A DNA stretch of 64,000 bases. It comes from Gekko japonicus (Eukaryota). Made by a program: the position numbers and the translations under genes. Shown here one piece after another: positions 60,708 through 64,000 of the stretch. The stretch covers positions 1,599,749 to 1,663,748 of the forward strand of contig NW_015175975.1 of assembly GCF_001447785.1 (NCBI RefSeq), given 5' to 3'. Position 1 is the first letter of the stretch. Every line of letters starts with the position of its first letter. Below the pieces are notes generated by a model. The model had not been told where the DNA came from. It was given only the letters and a program-made list of their open reading frames with translations, and did not search any database.

Positions 60708-61306
60708 TGTATATATGCACTTCACTATATAATACCCACCCTTTCTTCATTTAGTCTTTGTCATCAACTTGCTCATATTCCATCCATTTCACATGCCATT
60801 GGTCTTAGATTTCCACCTTTCCACCCAGACTTACTTTTAGTTTCCTTTTTAATATGTGACCAGCTTACAAAAACACATTGTTTCTTATTTCAGGGACATG
60901 CCGGCGAAAAATCAGTATGTCCTCTCCCTGGTGTACACCGTGAAAGAGATCAATAAGAACTCCAACATCTTAGCAAATATCACTCTGGGGTTCCACATCT
61001 ATCATAGGTACTATGATGAAAGGATAAACTATCAGAGCATCCTGAGCCTTACTGCACTGCAGAATATGCCCATCCCAAACTACAACTGTGAGATCCAGAG
61101 GAACCTGGCAGCAGTAATCGGGGGGCTCGACTGAGAAACAACGCTCTCAATGACTAACATCTTACCCATTTATAAGATTCCACAGGTACAAAATGCATGT
61201 GGGGTATGAAACTCTTACAGAGTGTTTCCCTCTCTTCCCTTATTTTTCAAGAGCCCTTTCAGGAAGGTCAGAAGAACAAATGAAGACCAAATTTGATTCA
61301 TGCCAA

Positions 61307-61906
61307 GAGCTGGAAGGGGACTTGCAGGTCATCTAGTCCAACACCCTGCACTCTGCAGGAGCATAGCCAAAAGATAGCCCTACAACATATCCGAATGATG
61401 GACATCCAACCTCCACTTTGAAATGTCCAGCGAAGGAGCATCCACCACCTCCCGAGGCAGACTGTTCCACTGCTCAACCACTCTTACAGTTAGGAAGTTT
61501 CTCCTGATATTTAGCCGGTAACGACTCCCTTGTAATTTCCACCCATTAGATCTAGTCTTGCATTCTGGAGGAAGAGAGAATAGATCTGCTCCATATTCTA
61601 CATGACAGCCCTTCAAATATTTGAAGACTGCAATCATGTCCCCTCTAAGCCTTCTCATTCCCAGGCTAAATATACCCTTTCCTCATAAGACTTAGATTCC
61701 ACCCCTCTCACCATCCTGGTTGCCCTCTTCTGGACACGCTCAAGCACGTCAACATCCTTCCTAAAATGTGGTGCCCAGGTGTGGCCTGACCATAGCAGAA
61801 TAGAGCGGAACTACCACCTTCCGTGATCTGGACTCAATGCTTCTGTTAATGCATCCTAAGATTGCATTAGCTTTCTTCGCAGTTACATTGCACTGCAGGC
61901 TCTGCA
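61307..61906 (-). mobile_element. CR1 LINE 3' fragment
   Basis: KKANAILGCINRSI..PLYSAMVRPHL; RRLRGDMIAVFKYLKG..WNSLPREVV. Confidence 0.9.
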
Positions 61907-62556
61907 AACAAATGAAGACCAAATCTGATTCGTGCCAAACAAACAAACAAAAAAAATCAAAATTATCCTTTGTGGAAATTATCCAGGGATTCCTTTTAGC
62001 AACTGAATACTCCCAGGGGAGTCATTATAGTATGGTTTGATGTATGGATGTTGCTATATATGGGAGTATGTAATGTTTGTTTCTAAAGCAAAAATTCAAG
62101 GTGCATAAAATGTGTGACATGCTGATGTTCTTACATCAATAAAATTCTGAGCTGCGAAACACACCAGATGGCTCTCCCCCTACTAAACATATTGAAATTT
62201 CTTTCATGAGTGGCTTTACAGGTGGTCAGTATGGGTCTTGTCTTTTACTATTACAGAGGATTTTTAAAAAATAAGTAAACAACGTACAAACTTGTACACT
62301 ATGTAGATCTTTGGAATTCAGTGGACTTCAAATCCCTAGTTGAAGGTCACCAAAACCATACATCCACCATGTATCTTAGCCAGCATAGTTTGTGAGAGCT
62401 AGATTCCAGTCCAGTGGCACAAAATGGTGTTCAACAAGTGCTAAGTATTATCATGAACAAACATGATGTTTAAAGTAAAGGTTAAGGGATCATATTCTGG
62501 AGGTTCCAATATTCTTACCATATATTTCCCTAAATGGTCTCCTACAGAAAAGATGT

Positions 62557-62559
<3 letters not shown>

Positions 62560-62604
<45 letters not shown>

Positions 62605-62618
62605 ACACACACACACAC
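62560..62618. repeat. (CT)n(CA)n microsatellite
   Basis: Direct observation. Confidence 0.97.
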
Positions 62619-64000
62619 GAGCCATGTGATATATAGATAAATGCATATACAAAATGAAAAATAATCTCCAAATATTTCCTTTCCCCCCATTTCAGGTTGC
62701 TTTTACCTTATTTGGTTCAGAGAAACATGACATTGTGAAACTTTCTTCCTTCTACCAGATGGTTCCCAATGAAAGACATCAATATAATGGGATTGTCCAG
62801 TTACTTCAGCATTTCTCATGGAAGTGGGTTGGGATCTTTGCACCAGATGATGATAAAGGAGAGGGTTTCATACAAATACTGACAAGAATGCTTACTCAGA
62901 ATGGCATCTGTACAGCCTTTACAGAAAGGATAACAGGCAGGGATTTTTCTTTCCATGTTCCAAATTTTAAAGAACGCTCCAGAAATCTGTTGCTTTATTT
63001 AAAAAAATCCCAAGCCAAAGTTCTTGTCATATATGCAGAAATTCAGGCCATGACAACTTTAACACTGTTACTAAAAACAGCAGAAATATCAGAGATAACA
63101 ATAGGTAAGGTATGGATCATGACAGCCCATGATGATTTGGAACTGGAGACATTGAGATGGTCTTTCATAAGACAAACTTTCCAGGGATCTTTATCCTTTG
63201 CAGTTCACTCCCATGAGGTTCCTGGGTTCCAGAATTTCCTCCAGCTCTTAAGTGTTCATTGGCCAAATGAGCGTGACATTTTTAGAGTCTTTTGGAAAGA
63301 GGCATTCAACTGTTTGTTGCCAGATTTCAAGGATGTCAAGATCAGTTGTCCTAGGGAAGAGGAACAGAAGCTCCTTCCTGGCACTCATTTTGAAATGGGG
63401 ATGGCTGGCCGAAGGTACAGCATTTACAATGCTGTCTATGCTATAGCACATGCTTTGCACATCATGTACACAACCACACTCAGGCCCAGACCAGCAACGG
63501 ATGGACACAAATGGAAGGCTCTCAATTTTTCACCATGGAAGGTAATAATATCTCAGTATGAAGCCGTTTTCTGTCTTTAATAGTTTAATGTATTTAAAAG
63601 CTACTTAGCAACATGGAGGCTGCTTTGAAGAAAATAGAAGAGTTGCTAGGTGAGAAGATTTTAACCCTTTCCTTCCATGTCATACATTATCTGTGTGTGT
63701 GTGGGGATTGATAAAATAATGAGGATTACAGAACAGAGAATGAGCAGGGAATCTTTTCAAATATTGACAAAGTCACAACCACATGTCTGAAATGGAAGAC
63801 CATCATGACTTTATGTTCCCCCTTCATGTGTACCTGAGAAAGTATCGCTGTTAAATCCCTCAACAAAGAAAATCAAAATCGTCCATTCATAGGATCACAA
63901 TGTTTATTATCCAACAATGGCACTGTTATTCACCATTTTATAAAAGTTTTTACTTCTTCCAGCTTCACTATATCCTGAGGGGCATCTCATTTAACAACAG

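Larger units (their letters stand above)
59852..64000 (+). pseudogene. V2R: V2R gene E (partial), single nonsense codon: exons 59852..60075, 60894..61185, 62696..63541, 63963..>64000
   Basis: Exon sizes 224/292/846 as in gene C; splice sites intact; in-frame TGA at 61132-61134 (GGLD*ET versus GGPDSET in gene C). Confidence 0.85.

Overview
Vertebrate genomic DNA, almost certainly squamate and probably a gecko, judged from the repeat content (Bov-B, Rex1/Babar, CR1, L2, 5S-derived and tRNA-derived SINEs). The window is part of a tandem cluster of vomeronasal type-2 receptor (V2R, class C GPCR) genes, reconstructed by hand from GT-AG boundaries and exon phase. It contains: the last (7TM) exon of gene A; three apparently intact six-exon genes, B (7952-20042, 906 aa), C (26699-35735, 875 aa) and D (40061-51532, 906 aa); gene E (59852 to past the window end) with one in-frame TGA in exon 2; an antisense V2R 3' relic; and several decayed exon-6 fragments. 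A, B and D are close paralogs from segmental duplication. C and E belong to a second, more divergent type. Introns and intergenic DNA are dense with transposons, many with readable TIRs and TSDs, and there is a 985-nt N gap. I found no prokaryotic-type system (CRISPR, operon) and no clear novel multi-gene system. The most notable observations are a probable retroposon tail built into the V2R N-terminus, a mosaic gene A with a dead duplicate exon, an ORF1-only L1-like element, a Gypsy relic with integrase before RT (Gmr1-like), a 5'-to-5' double Bov-B insertion, and hAT MITEs with shared ends but different interiors.
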